From positions 21,142,001 to 21,206,000 of the forward strand of contig NC_135771.1 of assembly GCF_052425735.1 (NCBI RefSeq): a stretch of 64,000 nucleotides of DNA, read 5' to 3'. The translations under genes were made by a program, and so were the position numbers. Below, piece after piece: positions 12,101 to 27,100 of the stretch (position 1 is the first letter of the stretch; each line of letters starts with the position of its first letter). This stretch comes from Oculina patagonica (lineage: Eukaryota). The notes beneath the pieces are model-generated. The model was not told the origin of the DNA. It saw only the letters and a list, made by a program, of their open reading frames with translations, and made no database searches.

Positions 12101-15100
12101 AGGACTAAAAATATTAGCATTCTGTCAGGTTTTGACAATAGTTGACAGATACCCATTGATGGTCCTGGAAGAAGCACTGAGGGTTTCAACTGTTTTGTCC
12201 GAGAAAACAACACAATGAACCCAGCCAGGGTCACTTGTCGGTTCTGGAGCACAACATGCTTACCGTTAGGTCACCACATGCCCCAACCGAGGCTCGTAAT
12301 ACTGACATTGAAACAGTTATAATAGTGAAATAACCAGTGCCACAAAGTTTGCTCATTAAACAGAGGTTCGTTTACAAAGCTGTTAGTTTAGTTTAGTTTA
12401 GATTTATAGTTTAGTTTACTGGTTTAGTTTAGTTTAGTCTAGTCTAGTCTAGTCTAGTCTAGTCTAGTCTAGTTTAGCTGTGTTAGCTTTTAGTCTCTAT
12501 TTTCCTTGTGGGATTGCTTTTCAGTTGTCAATGTACTATAAAGAACTCGAAAGATCTTGGTTTGTTGTGCCCAATCCTTGGTTCTGCAGATCGTTACATG
12601 GTGACAGCGGTGGGATCAAAAGCAATTTAAGCAATCAGGAGAGTGGTAAAGTAGTCTTTGAGCACGGGAATTTTGTCTTGAAGATAATGCTCCTAAGCTC
12701 TGGCCGTACTGACATGCATATGTTAATAGAACTGACAGGTTAATTAGCACTGGTTAGTTGTTTGGGGCCAAAACAGTGACCTTTTTACGAGGAAGCCGCG
12801 TTATCGAGCTAATTCGAAAAAGAATGCCAAAGACAATAGCTGATAATCTGTATATCAGCTGTTTTCATGCTTATAACATTCCCCATGGGAATTCCTGATA
12901 TTATTACGTCACTCAACTTACCAATCTCGGCAAAAGGAACATGGCCGTACAACTCAATGCGCATGCACGGCATGTGTGTCCACTTCGTTGGCCAAATACG
13001 AACATATCTTGCATAAACTCGTTCAGCAAAGATATTCTTTCGTACTGTGTAGCTGTCGAAATTGCCAATTAAATGCTAGAAAATAATACAGAAAATATTG
13101 CAGTAGATTTTCATAAAATTTTAGTAGGTTTAGCGTTACAGTAAAATAGGACGCGTATGGGAAAAAGATTACCCAGCAGACACTGTGGTCTAACGGTTGG
13201 TTTGGGAAAAAGATGCAAAGGAGGATTATTAAAGGTGACTTTTTATTATCGTTTTGTAATGATGTTGGGTGTACAGTTATTGAACATACCTTGCCACCTG
13301 TTATATCGCGATAAAAGTCCCAGTTGGAACCGTCTTTTGAGATTTCCACTTTGTACTCTTCAACAAACGAGCTGGAATTGCTTGAATAACCTTGTGTTGC
13401 TACAGCGCAAACGATGTAAGTTGTGTTCAAGTCAACTTGAAGGTATGAAGGTAAAACCGACTGCGCACACCAGGCTTGTTCATGGTTTAGGCGACCCTTG
13501 TGAGCTTCAAACTTGTAAGCTTCACTTTCAGATGAATTAGATGTGATTTTGCTGTCCACTATGCGCCCTATCTCTATACCAATCGCTTCGTCTTCGCATG
13601 GCAGAGGTTTAAAACCTGAGTTTTGACACAAAAGGAAAGTTTGTATCCACACTGAATATTTAGATGCACAATTTTTTTTAATGGCAAACGCTGCTACGAC
13701 CTACCTCAGTGCAAATACAATCTATATTTTATCTTTTCAATGAAGGAAAAGATCTAGATGGTTTTAAATATTCCTGATGAACACGACATGGGACGGATCT
13801 AGGGGGAGGGTGCAGGGGCTGCGCACCCTCTCTTCCCTGAGATCACCGCGGCTTTCTAATACAACTGGTATTCTGCAAAATTTCAGTTACGCCATTCCTA
13901 AGTGGTGCACCCCCTCCTAAGAAAAATCCTGTATCCGCCCCTCCTGCTGGTGTGAGACTAACTAGCTGTAGGGAACTTACATGTCGACGTCGTGACCCAA
14001 GGAGTTGTTTTCAGGACTACTGAAAACAACTTCAGCTAGTAGTAGGATGGAGAATTTGAGCCTGAAAACTCCGGATACAAGTCAAACGCCCTTAATCAAC
14101 TGGCAACTCTGCCTCCATAATGATATCAACATCTTGATTGCGGCCTTATGCGCCTACTGGCGAGATGAGTCATGATGATTGAAGTAAACAAAACATGATA
14201 GAAAAAGAAAGAGACAGCAACATTGGTATTTTGACCTAGGATTAGGAGTGTTTTGTAACATAGTTTGATAAGACTTTTCTCACCTTTTTTCTTACAGACG
14301 TAAGGTCTCAGTCGAGAACACTTCTTATCTGACCAGTCTCCATCGTTGGACACTACGCAGTTTGAAACATCGCCTTTACTTGTATCTTCTTCCCTAAAAC
14401 TTGAGAAGTTATAAGGTGTTCCATCACTCCACTGAAATACTCCTTCCTGTGCCTTATCGTTCAGTCCTATCCAATGGCCCCCTTCACCAGGGATTAAGGT
14501 TGTGTTTATAAAGTTGTTCTCAGCGCTGCTGGTTATGGACACCAGGTCAGAATGTAAATCAAGGCATTCCTTTCTGGCGTCTTCCCAGCTTGCTTGCCTT
14601 TGAGAAGCTTTATAGCAAAAGCTTTCATATCGAGTCCATTCTGTTGAACACTCTGAAATTGAGCAGGAAAAAACATCAATTGTCAGTACTGGTCCTCTTG
14701 TGTAACAGATGCTATTGTTTTTGGGCAAGAAGTTGGCACATAAAGAAGACTTTATAGGGTCGAAAAGAGGAGGTGCGTGACTGAGTGGCCGGAGTCTTGA
14801 GGCGTTTTGCTTTGAGCCCAGAGTCCCAAAAACTTTGTAAAAAGTCATCTGTCTATTTCTTGGAAACAATAGAGAGGGAAGTATATCCTAAAACATCGTT
14901 TCAAAAAACACTCATGAAACCAACTCCTGACTTTTTTTTTCTGTAAAGCTTCTCAACCATTTATTTATGTCACTGATTGAAAGTTCTTGTCACGAGAAGA
15001 ATAATGCAGAGGCCAACCTTTCGAGGTAATGTATGTAAAAAAAAACTTCGCTTTGGTACTGATTATATAAAAACAAACAATATTATCAATCATTCCACGA

Positions 15101-18100
15101 AATTGAGTCGTACAACGATTTTTAACCAACCGAGGAGGCCCGTAGAGTACAGTTGTTGCTTTCTTCATATCGAACGGCGATGTTGATTAGAGTTATTGTT
15201 TTGCATACAGGCAAACACGTTTTTAATTACCAACAGCAGTATCACCATAAAAAGAAATATTGTCACATGTATTTCGTGCTACTGTTCTACTTAAAGGAAA
15301 TGAGATGATAACTTACAAGTAGCTAACCAATCATAGCGCACGCTTGGTCATTTCTAACGGTCTAACGGTCACGTTTATAATAATATCGAACACGTTATAT
15401 TTTTAACGTTACCTTGACAACCATAAAGTTCTACCCTCATCGATATGTGGTTATACCAAGTCACTGGTACAAAACGAATATAACGAGCCCTGATTGGTGG
15501 GTTCAGCTCATGAGAAACAACAGTGTCGCGGTCTTCGTTTCCAGCAAATTCCTAAAACATTCAGGTGTCGAAATGGTAAGTTAGGGTCAAATTATCAAAC
15601 GTAATATCTTTTCAAAATAAACCTAAGAAACTTTAGATATCATCGAGTGGTACATCAGCATCAGATCATGTGATTTGTTTAAAGTGCCCACTACATGCAA
15701 ATGAAGCAATATTCTCGCTGCAATAAATTTTAAGAAATCAAAAAGGGTAATCAACGCTTCGATGACCTTCGATGGATAAAGTCCAGTTCACCTGACACAG
15801 CGGCCAAGCGAAGAAAGTTTGCGGCTAACTTCCGTTTTCACTGGCATGAATTTTAGTTTATTTATTTCAAGCAAGACTGGAAATAAATGATTTTATGTAG
15901 CTAGCGACTTAATCACCTCCCAATTTCTGGTTTGGGGAAATTCCTACCATCTGGTATGTCACTTCATGAGTTCTTACATGAGGGTGAGGCGAGCCCACAG
16001 TCAATCTTCTTTTATCATATTCTCACATGGCGGACTCGATTTTTTTCCCTCCCTCCACGTCCACGTGACGAAATATTGTTTGACCGACCACGATAACAAT
16101 TATTAAATTCTCATGCTGAAAGTTTACAATACAATACAATACAATAGTCGTTTAATGTGTCATACACTTAGCAATACGGTGTGACATTCAGAAATGTCAC
16201 ACCAGCTAGTTTACAGGTATTCCACCTAAATTAGTTTAAAAAAAATTAGAATGAGTATTTCATAAAAATGAGAAAAACATTTGCATTTTTTGTTTCGCTA
16301 TTTCGCTACACATGTGCCCGCTGAGTAGTTTTACCTTGTCCGTGGTCTGTCCTTGTTCGATGTAGCACCGGAAGGACACTTCATCGTTACTGTACTGCAG
16401 TTTATACCTGGTTACCCACTGACTCCAAACATTTCTTCCTTGCGTTGCTACGCCCATTACTCTAAAGTGCTGACTACCCAGATCAACCTGCAGCCATTGA
16501 TTGACATCATTTGTGCCAGCTACCCAGGCTCCCGCTTTACTTCCTGTTTGTTGAAAGTTTAGTCTGCCCTGCTTGGCGGCATGATTTTCACTCCATTCTG
16601 TAGAGGCAGTAATTTTAGCATCCAATATTGCTCCGCTTTCCATACCGACGGCGTCTTGACATTCTAAAAGCCAGGTTTATGGTACAATGTTAGTAAAACT
16701 TCAGAGCAGTTTTCAATTTAACCAGTGGCAAAAATGAGAGGAGAATTGCTTTGACGAAGTTGCACTGTATGATTAACATCCTGAACAACCCAACCCCTAA
16801 TGCTCAATTATGAGGGGTAGGTTGCAACGATAAACAAATGATTAATTTTAAAAATCTCGTTTCATCGATCCAACCAATCAGATCAAAAGCCAATACCAAT
16901 CGCAAGCCGGTCACTCGTAACTCGCGGCTTCGATTTGCCGCTGGCACGAGTCCCCGAAAAGAGCCTGCTCGCAGGCTAGCCCTTCGCGTCAGACAAGTGT
17001 AGTAGCCTCAAATTCTCATTGATTCATTTTTTTTTTTCATTTGTTGTAACTGGCTATAACGATTGCTTTGGAGTTGGTTTTGCAACATACACTAGAACCT
17101 GCTTCTTATAAATGATTATTTTATGCATTTCCGACAGAGCAGTGCAAAATTGAGCATAATGCTATGGACGTTTTACAACAGACGTAAGCATAGTCCAAAA
17201 TTATCCAAGGAATTTGACAGCCTCCAGAGTAAACCACCTTTAACCAATCAAGCTGGAGTTTAATCTTCGGTATTGATGTTCCCATCAGTAGCTTGCCGTT
17301 TAGAATTATGGTGGATTTTGAGCCATTTGAGCAGTTGTTGCAAAAAGTCCATTACGGCGAGACATTTCTATTTCTTTGTATAAACACGTTGCCGACCGTT
17401 TCAGGTTTGTTGCTAAATGTGTTTCAGCTAAAAACAATACGGTAACTCACGAAATATGCGTCGTTATCTCAACCGTTTAACATATATCACTTTGTGTGTT
17501 AAGTATTCCCTGCTATATGAAAAAACGTTCTACATGTTTGCAAAATAAATTGCAAGAATCTTATCAATCTTTTAACAAATTTCATTTGGTATGGGTTTTA
17601 CCTATATGAAACCTGTTTCTTTATAAAACATCGAAGAAGGGCCAAGCCCGAAACATTTGTTCATTTTAAGTCTTTTATGTCACTTAAAGAGTTTTTTCAA
17701 ATTTTAACAAATGTATACAGAAATAATGCAAAAATAAGCCATGATCTCACGCTTAATTTTGGGACTTGGCTCGATTTCCGCCTTCTCGTGTCCATTTTCA
17801 CGTACAGGGGCTGGAAATCGAGCCTATTGTGCGGTTCATTCTCTGGGTGGCTTCAGTATTATCAGAGGGAAATTGGCGCTTTAGTACGGTAGAAAAGCTA
17901 CTCAGGCTCAAATATAGCGTACAGTCTCCCACGGCATCTTGATATATAAGAGGTTCTGAATTTCCTACCTTTTTTCAACGTTGTGACGTTGACGCATGAG
18001 CTCAAAGCTCCGTCTCCTACGGTGTAGGCCAGCAACTGAACACAGTAGTAAGTATTGTGTACAAGGTTTTTTACTGCCAATGACGTCACGTGGGCATCTA

Positions 18101-21100
18101 CAACTGACATGTGTTTTACGACCTGTTCTGCATTTTTTACGTACACTTTGTATTTCTGGACTATCCCGTTTCTTTCCTGCTCTGGAACCTCTCCCCATGT
18201 GATAAATATCGTATCGACTGCTGTTGCAGTGACTGAAATGTTAGCTGGTGGTGCAGAAGGAGCTAAAGGAGAAATGCATTATTAAAGATATGTTATAACA
18301 TTGACATTTTTTTGAAAAAGATAGACAATCAATCTGTCAATCAATAAATCAATCACATTCTCAAAAAACTTACTCCACTCACTCACTCACCCACTCAATC
18401 AATTAAATAATCAATCAAACAATCAAACAATCGATCAGTCAATCAACCAGCCAATCGATAAATCAATCAATTAACAAATATTCAGTCAATCAACAAAAAA
18501 TCAAACCAGACGTCAATCCATTTTTTACAAAAGTCATATTGACAATGGCGTCATGACAACACCGAAACGTTAAATTTTATCGTTAGTTTTTGCTTGTCTG
18601 TGTCAATCAATACTAGGGGTCATACTAGTTCACTATTTTGGATCGATTTTAAAATGATGCTAGCCCCAGATGAATGGGATGCTTGTCCATCGCAAATTAC
18701 TTCTCGGCTTTCCGTCAGGTTGCCTCAGCAATTCGCCAGTACTCGTTTAAACTTCTGGGTGGAGAGAGGCACTGTGAGTAAAGTGTCTTGCGCAAGACCC
18801 AACAAGCGTAGGGAGTCATTCTAGTAAGACCATGCAAGAGCTGCTACCCGACCCGAAGAAGTGAGCAGACAAAGAGTACTTTTACAGGGTCAAGTGGAGG
18901 AGGAATGTGACTGAGTGACTCGAGACTTGCTTTTTGTACACTTGCTCAAAGTCGCTCGTTTTTTGTGTGTCCGGATAGGGTTACGCTTAAAAAAAGTAAT
19001 AAGAAACCGCGCGCTAAAACCCGCGCGGAATCTATTTGTCCGTGCGTGTTGGCACGCGAAGCGCACTTAATCCACAAATAGCTCGCTCGTTAAGCGATTC
19101 GCCGCCATTTTATTTTGCAAGCCGGCGCGCCCCCTTCATTTCTGTATCCGGCGGTCTGCTGGGTAATGAAACGAGCGACTTGGATGAGTGTATATGCTTC
19201 GAACTCTGCTTGTTTCATTGTTTTTAGGTTTGTTGTTACTTATTATGATTGCTTGTGTTTTGGTTTTTGACATAAACTTTTCGACAGAGCAGTGCAGTCC
19301 AAAACCATTACTCCAAAATTCTAGATTTAAATTCAGAACCATGCAAATAGCAATGGATTTTTTGCAACAAATGGTCGCATGGTCCAAAATCTTCATAAGA
19401 ATGCAACATCCTCCAAAGCAAAGCGACTTCAACCAAGCAAGGTTGAGTTTTCTTTGGTATGGATGTCCCAGTCTGAAACTTGCCGTTCAACGTGGCAGAT
19501 TTTGTACCATGTGATCATTTGTTGCAAGAAGCCCATTCGGACATAATCTTCTTATTTCCTTTTCTGAACACATTATAGTGAACTACCAGCCCATGGTTCA
19601 TTTCTAAATGTCTTTCAATTGAAAAAGTACCGAAACGTATGTTATCTCAACTCGTTACATCAAGATTATTTTCTCTTGTTAACATACAGTATATCCTTTG
19701 TGCGTTAAGTCTTTGCTCAAATACGGGTAATAAATTTGCGCTTGCAGGGTCGTTATGTGAAAAAATTTTAGATGCTTGCAAATTGCAAGAATATCTGGTC
19801 GATGTATTAAAACTACGTCGTTTGGTAATAGTTTCAACATGTTGAGAAAACGTTGTTCTTTAAAATGTATACCGAAATATTTCGAAAATGAAAGGGCTCC
19901 TCCTCCGGCATGGGTGGCTTCAGTATTATGAAAGAAATTTTGCGTTTCATAAGTAGAAAAGAAATTGTGGGAGTAATGTTAAGAAATCTGTTGAAAAAAA
20001 TTTTTGCGTTTGAAATAAGTACAAGCATGTATTTTTGGATAAGAAACTAAAAGGACGTTCTACAGTAAGGTAGCTGAAGTATGCAATGTCTCGAATTGGT
20101 TGTTGCTTGGTATTGAATTACCGCGCGCAAGTATACAACCAAATCTCTGACTTCAATTGAGCGGGAAGAATTGAGCGCGCTTAAGTCTCATCCGCCATCT
20201 TCAAATACTGATGTTCTTACCTTTTTTCAACGTTGTGACGTTGACGCATACGCTCAAAGCTCCGTCTGCCACGGTATAGGCCAACAACTGAACACAGTAG
20301 TAAGTATTGTGTACAAGGTTTGGTACTTCCAATGACGTCACGTTGGCATCTACAGTTGACTCGTGTTCAACGACAAGGTCTGCATTTTTTACGTAGACTT
20401 TGTATTCCCGAACTATACCGTTTCTTTCCTGCTCTGGAACCTCTTTCCATGTGATAAATATCGTATTGACTGCTGTAGCACTGACTGATATGTTTGCTGG
20501 TGGTGCAGAAGGCACTTAAAGAAATGAATAATTTAAATGTTATTACACTTGACAATCAATCTGTTTATCAATCATTCAGTTAATCAACCACTATCTCAAA
20601 CACTTACACAGCGCTCACTCACATATTCACTCTCTCACTCAATCAATTAACCAGTCAATCAGTTAGTCAGTCAGTGGGTCAATCAATCTATCAATTAATA
20701 AACAGCCAATCAATCAATCAGTCAATTAATTACCCAATCAAGAATCAATTAATTAAACAACAATCTATCTATCTATCTATCTAGCTATCTATCTATTTAT
20801 CTATTTATCTATTAATCCATCCATCTATCAACAAAATGCAAACAATCAATCGAGACATCAATCCAAACCTCAACTAATTATAGCTCATTCACTATTTTTG
20901 TGGGGGAGAATGAATCGAATTAAAAAAAATGCCAGACCTAGATGGATGGGATGCTAGTCCATCCCAGGTTATACACTAGCATTCTGTCAGGCTGTCCCAA
21001 CACTTTTCCGTACCTATTTATGGGTATTTAGCCATTTATGTGAGACCCTGTGAGAGCTGCCACCCGACGCGAAGAAGTAAGCGTAGGAAGAGGACTTTAT

Positions 21101-24100
21101 AGGGTCAAACGGGAGGAGGGCTGTGTCTGGGTGCCTGGCAACTTGAGGCTTTTTGTTGTGAATCTGGAGCCTAATGGTGGAATTCCACTGACGCGTAAAT
21201 TTTTACGTGCGTGAAAAAAATTAGAGACAATGTATGAGCGGCCTGCGTAAACGTGTACGCAGGCGTTCATACATTGTCTCTAATTTTGTTACGCACGTAA
21301 AAAATTACGCGTCAGTGGAAATCCACCATAAGGCTAACTTAATTTTACATAGTCGCACATGAACTGTTCAATAACTAGGCGCGCAGAGTCGAGTTGTCTA
21401 TATAACGGCGAGTATGAATGTAACAACTGTTCAAATTATATAAGCAACCCCTTACTTACTTACCAACAGAGCTATTGCCATTAAAGAAAAAACATTTTTT
21501 CCACTGATATTTCGCGGGATTCTTCTACTTAAGGACGTTTGGGCGAATATTATATCTAACAGTCCAACGGTCACATTTATAATCTTATAATAATGTTGAA
21601 CACATTAACTTTTAACGTTACCTTGACAACCATAAAGTTCTACCCTCATTGATATGTGGTTTTTCCAATTCACTGGTACAAAACGAATGTAACGTGCCCT
21701 GATTGGTGGGTTCAACTCATGAGAAACAACAGTATCGCTGTCTACATTTCCAGTAAATTCCTAAAACAGTAAGATGGCAAATGTTAGATCAGTATCATAC
21801 TATCAATCTTGATTATCTTTCCAAATAAACTATATATTTAATTGAAAAGAGAATGATGATTCCATTAAATTGTTAAAACTGTTTGCATTTGGCTTCGATA
21901 TTTTTTGAAAGTTTGACATCCGTGCAACTTTACCTTGTCCGTGGTCTGTCCTTGTTCGATGTAAAACTGGAAGGTCGCTTTATCATTACTGTACTGCAGT
22001 TTATACCTGGTGACCCATTGTTGCACGACCGGACTGGTGTGATTTCTTCCTTGTGTTGCTACACGCGTTACTGTAAAGTACTGACTACCTAGATCAACCT
22101 GAAGCCATTGATTGACACTATTATGGCGAGCTGTCCAACTTCCCTGTGTACTTTCCGTTTGTTGAAAGTTCAGTCTGCCCTGCTTGGCGGCATGATTTTC
22201 ACTCCATTCTGAAGAGGCAGTAATCTGAGCGTCCAATATTGCTCCACTTTCCATGCCGAGGGCGTCTTGACATTCTGAAGGTCAGGTTTTTGAAATCAAT
22301 AAAAAACGTTGTAATAGCCTCATAGCAGTTTTTAATTCAGTTTGGAAAGTAATTCGGGATTGCTTTTTACGCTGTATGATAAACGTCCGCTGACCAACCC
22401 AACCATTAGTGCTCAGTTATGAGGGGTAAGTTGCGATGGAAAATAATAATTAATTAATGATTAGTTTTAAAAACTCGCGCCATATACTCAACGAATCAAA
22501 TAAAAGCCAATACCAATCGTTACTTGGTCACCCACGGTTTACCGTTATCGGACCCAGATGAGTGTATTCGAATTGTCTTGTTATAGTTGGCAATTACGGT
22601 TGCTTTAGTTTACGTTTTGGTTTTGGTTGTGCGCGACTTAACTAAAACCAGCCCTAAAGAAATGTTTATGTCATATATAATTCCAGAACCGTCTCTTCAA
22701 AATTCCTCAGTTAGCTTTAGAATTCAACACCATTCACTAGACCGTTTACAGGAAATAGTCTTATGGTACAAAATCTATCATGTTGAATTGCATAAGAATG
22801 TGACAAGCCTCAAAGCAAAGCAGTGACATATGTACATGTTAGCTTGTGGTGTGAAAGGCGATAAAAGAAATGCATTATTAAAAACATGTTATTACATTGT
22901 CAATTTTGTTTAAAAAAGACAATCAATCACTTTCTCAAACACCTACACACCGCTTACTCAATCAATCAATCAATCAATCAATCAATCTATCTATCAATCA
23001 ATCAATCAGTCAGTCAGTCAGTGAATCAATCACTCAGTCATCAATCAATCAATCAATCAATTAATCCAACAATCCCTTAATTAATCAATCAACGAATCAA
23101 TCCATCAATCAAAGAATCAGCATTCAATCAATCAATCAATCAATCAGTCAGTCAGTCAGTGAATCAATCACTCAGTCATCAATCAATCAATCAATCAATT
23201 AATCCAACAATCCCTTAATTAATCAATCAACGAATCAATCCATCAATCAAAGAATCAGCATTCAATCAATCAATCAATTAACCAATCAACAAATCAATTA
23301 ATTAACCAATCAACAAATCAATCAATCAATGAACCAAAAATCAATCAATCCAAACATCAATCCAATCTCGATCAATAACAGTTTACTTAGATCAGGATGC
23401 TAGCCCTAGGTGGATGGGATGCTAGTCCATCGCAAGTTGCGCCCCAGTATTCTGTCAGGTTACCCGAACAATTCACTGGTACAAATTTACAAAACTGGGT
23501 AAAGAGAGGCACCGTCAGAGTAAAGTACCTTGTGTATGAACACAACAAGAGTAGCGAGCCGTTTATGTGAGACCTTGCGAGGGCTACTTCCCGACGCGAA
23601 GAAGTAAGCATAGGAAAAGGACGGACCAATTTAGGTTTTTGGGAAACTGCTCACCTACCCCTCCCCAAACCTAACATTTTGCCCAAGGCGATAAGTAAGG
23701 GTTAATGTTAGGTTTGGGGAGGGGTAGGTGAGCAGTTTCCCAGAAACCTAAATTGATCCAAAAGGACTTTATAGGATCAAATGGAGGAGGGGTGTGACTG
23801 GGTGGCTGCAGACTCGAGACTTTTTGCTGTGAATCCGGAGACTAAGGCTTTGTAAAAATCATCTTTGAATGAAAAGGAAGTAATAGAGTTGAAAGAATAT
23901 CCTAAAGTATCTTTTTCTAAAAATACTTCAAAAAACCAACTCCTGACATTTACAATTTTCTAAAAAGCCAGTCAAGTGGCGCACACATGGTCATATTCAA
24001 CGGTCTATTGGAAAGCGTTATTTAATAATATTTTATCGAACACGTTTATTTTCCAACAGTACCTTGACAACCATATAGTTCCACCCTCATTGATATGTGG

Positions 24101-27100
24101 GTATTCCAAGTCACTGGTACAAAACGAATGTAACGTGCCCTGATTGGTGGGTTCAGCTCATGAACAACAACAGTGTCGCTGTCGACATTTCCAGCAAATT
24201 CCTAAAACAGTTAGATGGCAAATATTAAATTAGTATTTTACTTTCAATTTTAATCCTTCCATAATCCATCCTTTCACCTCGTACAGCTGTGAAACGAAGA
24301 ATAAAAGTTAGACGCGGCTACTTTCTAGTTTTTGCTGGCATGAATGTTACAAGACTTGGAAGCGTAATGTGCAACAGGTTCCAAGAAAAATGACACAAAA
24401 TAAAGCAAGAAACCAAAATACGTCTCCAAAAAATCTCTTTCACAATGTAAACAATTTTTAAATTCTCATGAAAACATTCGTTGAATAATGCTAAAAGTTT
24501 CCATAAGAGCCTTACGTACATGTAAATTCGTATCCCCACCGGGATACAAAAGGGAAGGGTGGATGCTACCCCTTCGGGTTTTCGTTCTATTAATTAGTGC
24601 ACAGCGTTTTTTTTTCCACTGAGTTGCAATTTAGGGTCTTACTGTCAAACGTAATCATTCCTAAGTAAACATAAGAAACTTCATTTAAAGAAGCTTTAGA
24701 TCATCGAGTGGCACATCGCGTCATGTGATTTGCTAAAGAATAAATTATTGCTCATTACATGCAAATGAAGCAATATTTTCGCCGCAACATGAACAAATTT
24801 GTATTATTGATCTAAAATTTCTGCCTGAAACTGACTTGGGTAAACGTTTATAAAAACTTAAAGACGTTTCGACCGAAAAACAGTTCACAATTCTGCGCGT
24901 GCTACGCTATCAAAAGATAGCAAACGACCGCTGCTCGTGATAATGCAAATGACTTTTTTTTTTACAATAACTGCAGAAATTCTCGCTCACTTTCATTGTC
25001 AATAAGCGGACAGACCACTTGACAGTCACATAAATCGCGATACTGACGCGTACGCAACGAACGAACGAAAACCGGGAATTTAATTTATGTGGGTGTAGGG
25101 GGTTCGTTCGAGTTTGTTATTGTAACAAAACAAATAAACGTTCGAAGATTTGCGAAGTTGCCCGAAGACTTTAGAGTATGATCCGAAGATCTTTAGATCA
25201 AACATAGTATCAAACATAATTGACGTCAGCGATATCACCATAAAGTTATTGTAAGTTTAATAGTGTTCAATTGCATTTTATTCTATTTTTTAGAAATCAT
25301 ATTTTATGAAATTATTTTTTATTTTATTATTATTTTTTTTAATCTAATTTTATTTTTTAATACCCTCGACATGGTACCCTCGACCCTCGACATAGTACCT
25401 TCGACCCTCGACATGGAACCTTCAACCCCCGACCCACGACAAAAACCCAGACTCTGTTTAACAATGTTGAAAATTTTTTTAATTGTCATGTACATTTGAA
25501 TGGTTGCCACAGACATCAGTTCCAAATTTCCCTGACTTTTTCCTGACATTTCCCTGTTAAAATAAAATTTCCCTGACCAAATAAATACGAAATGTAAGAT
25601 ATAGTAGCAGCCTCTAGCCTCCACTTCCAACAAAATGAAAAATCATTTCCTGACCTGTGGCAACCCTGATTTGGCGTATAATGCTCAAAGTTTCTGTAAA
25701 TGCCTTATTACTGCACTAAAAAGGATAAACATCTCGTGAAACTGAGAAACAATATTTCGCTTGGTCTCGGCAGTTTTTGGCGGGAAACAGACACATGTGA
25801 CCGCTGTGTAGTTTTTACCTTGTCCGTGGTCTGTCCTTGTTCGATGTAATACTGGAAGAACACTTTATCGTTACTGTACTGCAGTTTGTACTTGGTGACC
25901 CATTCGGGCCGGGGCAAACGATCATCACTGCTTCCTTGTGTTGCTACACGTGTTACTTCAAAGTACTGACTGCCCAGATCAACCTGCAGCCATTGATTGA
26001 CATCAGTTGTGCCAGCTGACCAAGCTGTGTCTGTGTAAAGTCTGCTCTGGTTGGCGGCATGATTTTCACTCCATTCTGAAGAGGCAGTAATTTGAGAGTC
26101 CAAGATTGCTCTGCTTTCCATACCAAGAGCATCTTTACATTCTGAAAGCCAGGTTTTTGGAGCAATGTTAATATAGCCTCAATTGATATCCAGTTTTTTA
26201 TATAAACAGTGTCGAAAGTAAGCCGAGAGTTGCTTTGTGTCACGGATTTTAAAAAATACAGGTTATGTCTTCAGTTAAATGTTCAAAGATAATGTATTTC
26301 ATGGGTAAAGTTTTATTGGCGGATCTAGGGGAGGGGCCCAGGGGGGCCTGGGCCCCCACCTTATATTTAGGCCAAATGCAGGCCCGTAGGGCCGAGAATA
26401 ATTAAATAAATCAAATTAATAATTAAATTAAATAAAATAAATTAAATTAATAATTAAAATAGTAAATTCATTAAATACTAGAATTCATTATAAAATACTA
26501 AAATTCTTAAAAAATTACTTAAATTCATTATAAAATTCTAAAGTTATTTAAAAATACTAAAGGTCATTATTGAATAAAAACGTTTTAATCTTAATTTTAA
26601 AAGTGTCAACCGATGGGGCACTCCTCACATCAAGTGGGAGAGTGTTCCACAGTGCTGGTGCGCTTGATGAAAATTCGCGCCGCCCGTAAGTCTTGGTCTT
26701 AAATACTGGTTTGTGCAGTCGCAGGTGATCATGGTTGGAACAAAGAAACCTTATCGGTTGATGAATATTTATAAGTTCCGCTAAGTAACTGGGTGCTAAA
26801 CCATTTAAAATTTTATAAGTAAAAAGTAAAATCTTAAAAACAAAACGCTTGCGCACAGGCAGCTAGTGCAGCTTGCGGAGGAGGCAATTAACTGCTGACG
26901 TCACAAAACATATTACTTCTTACCAATCCGAAAGAGCAAGCAAATTAAGCAAAACATAAAGCTTTTCACTTCTCGACAAATGTTAGTAACTTAAAACTTG
27001 GCTACAGTGTTGCATAATGCTGGTAATTATTAGTTTGACAAGGTCACATTATGTCCCAGAAAAGCACTAGTAGAAGCTAGTAAAGATATGCCGGAAACAG

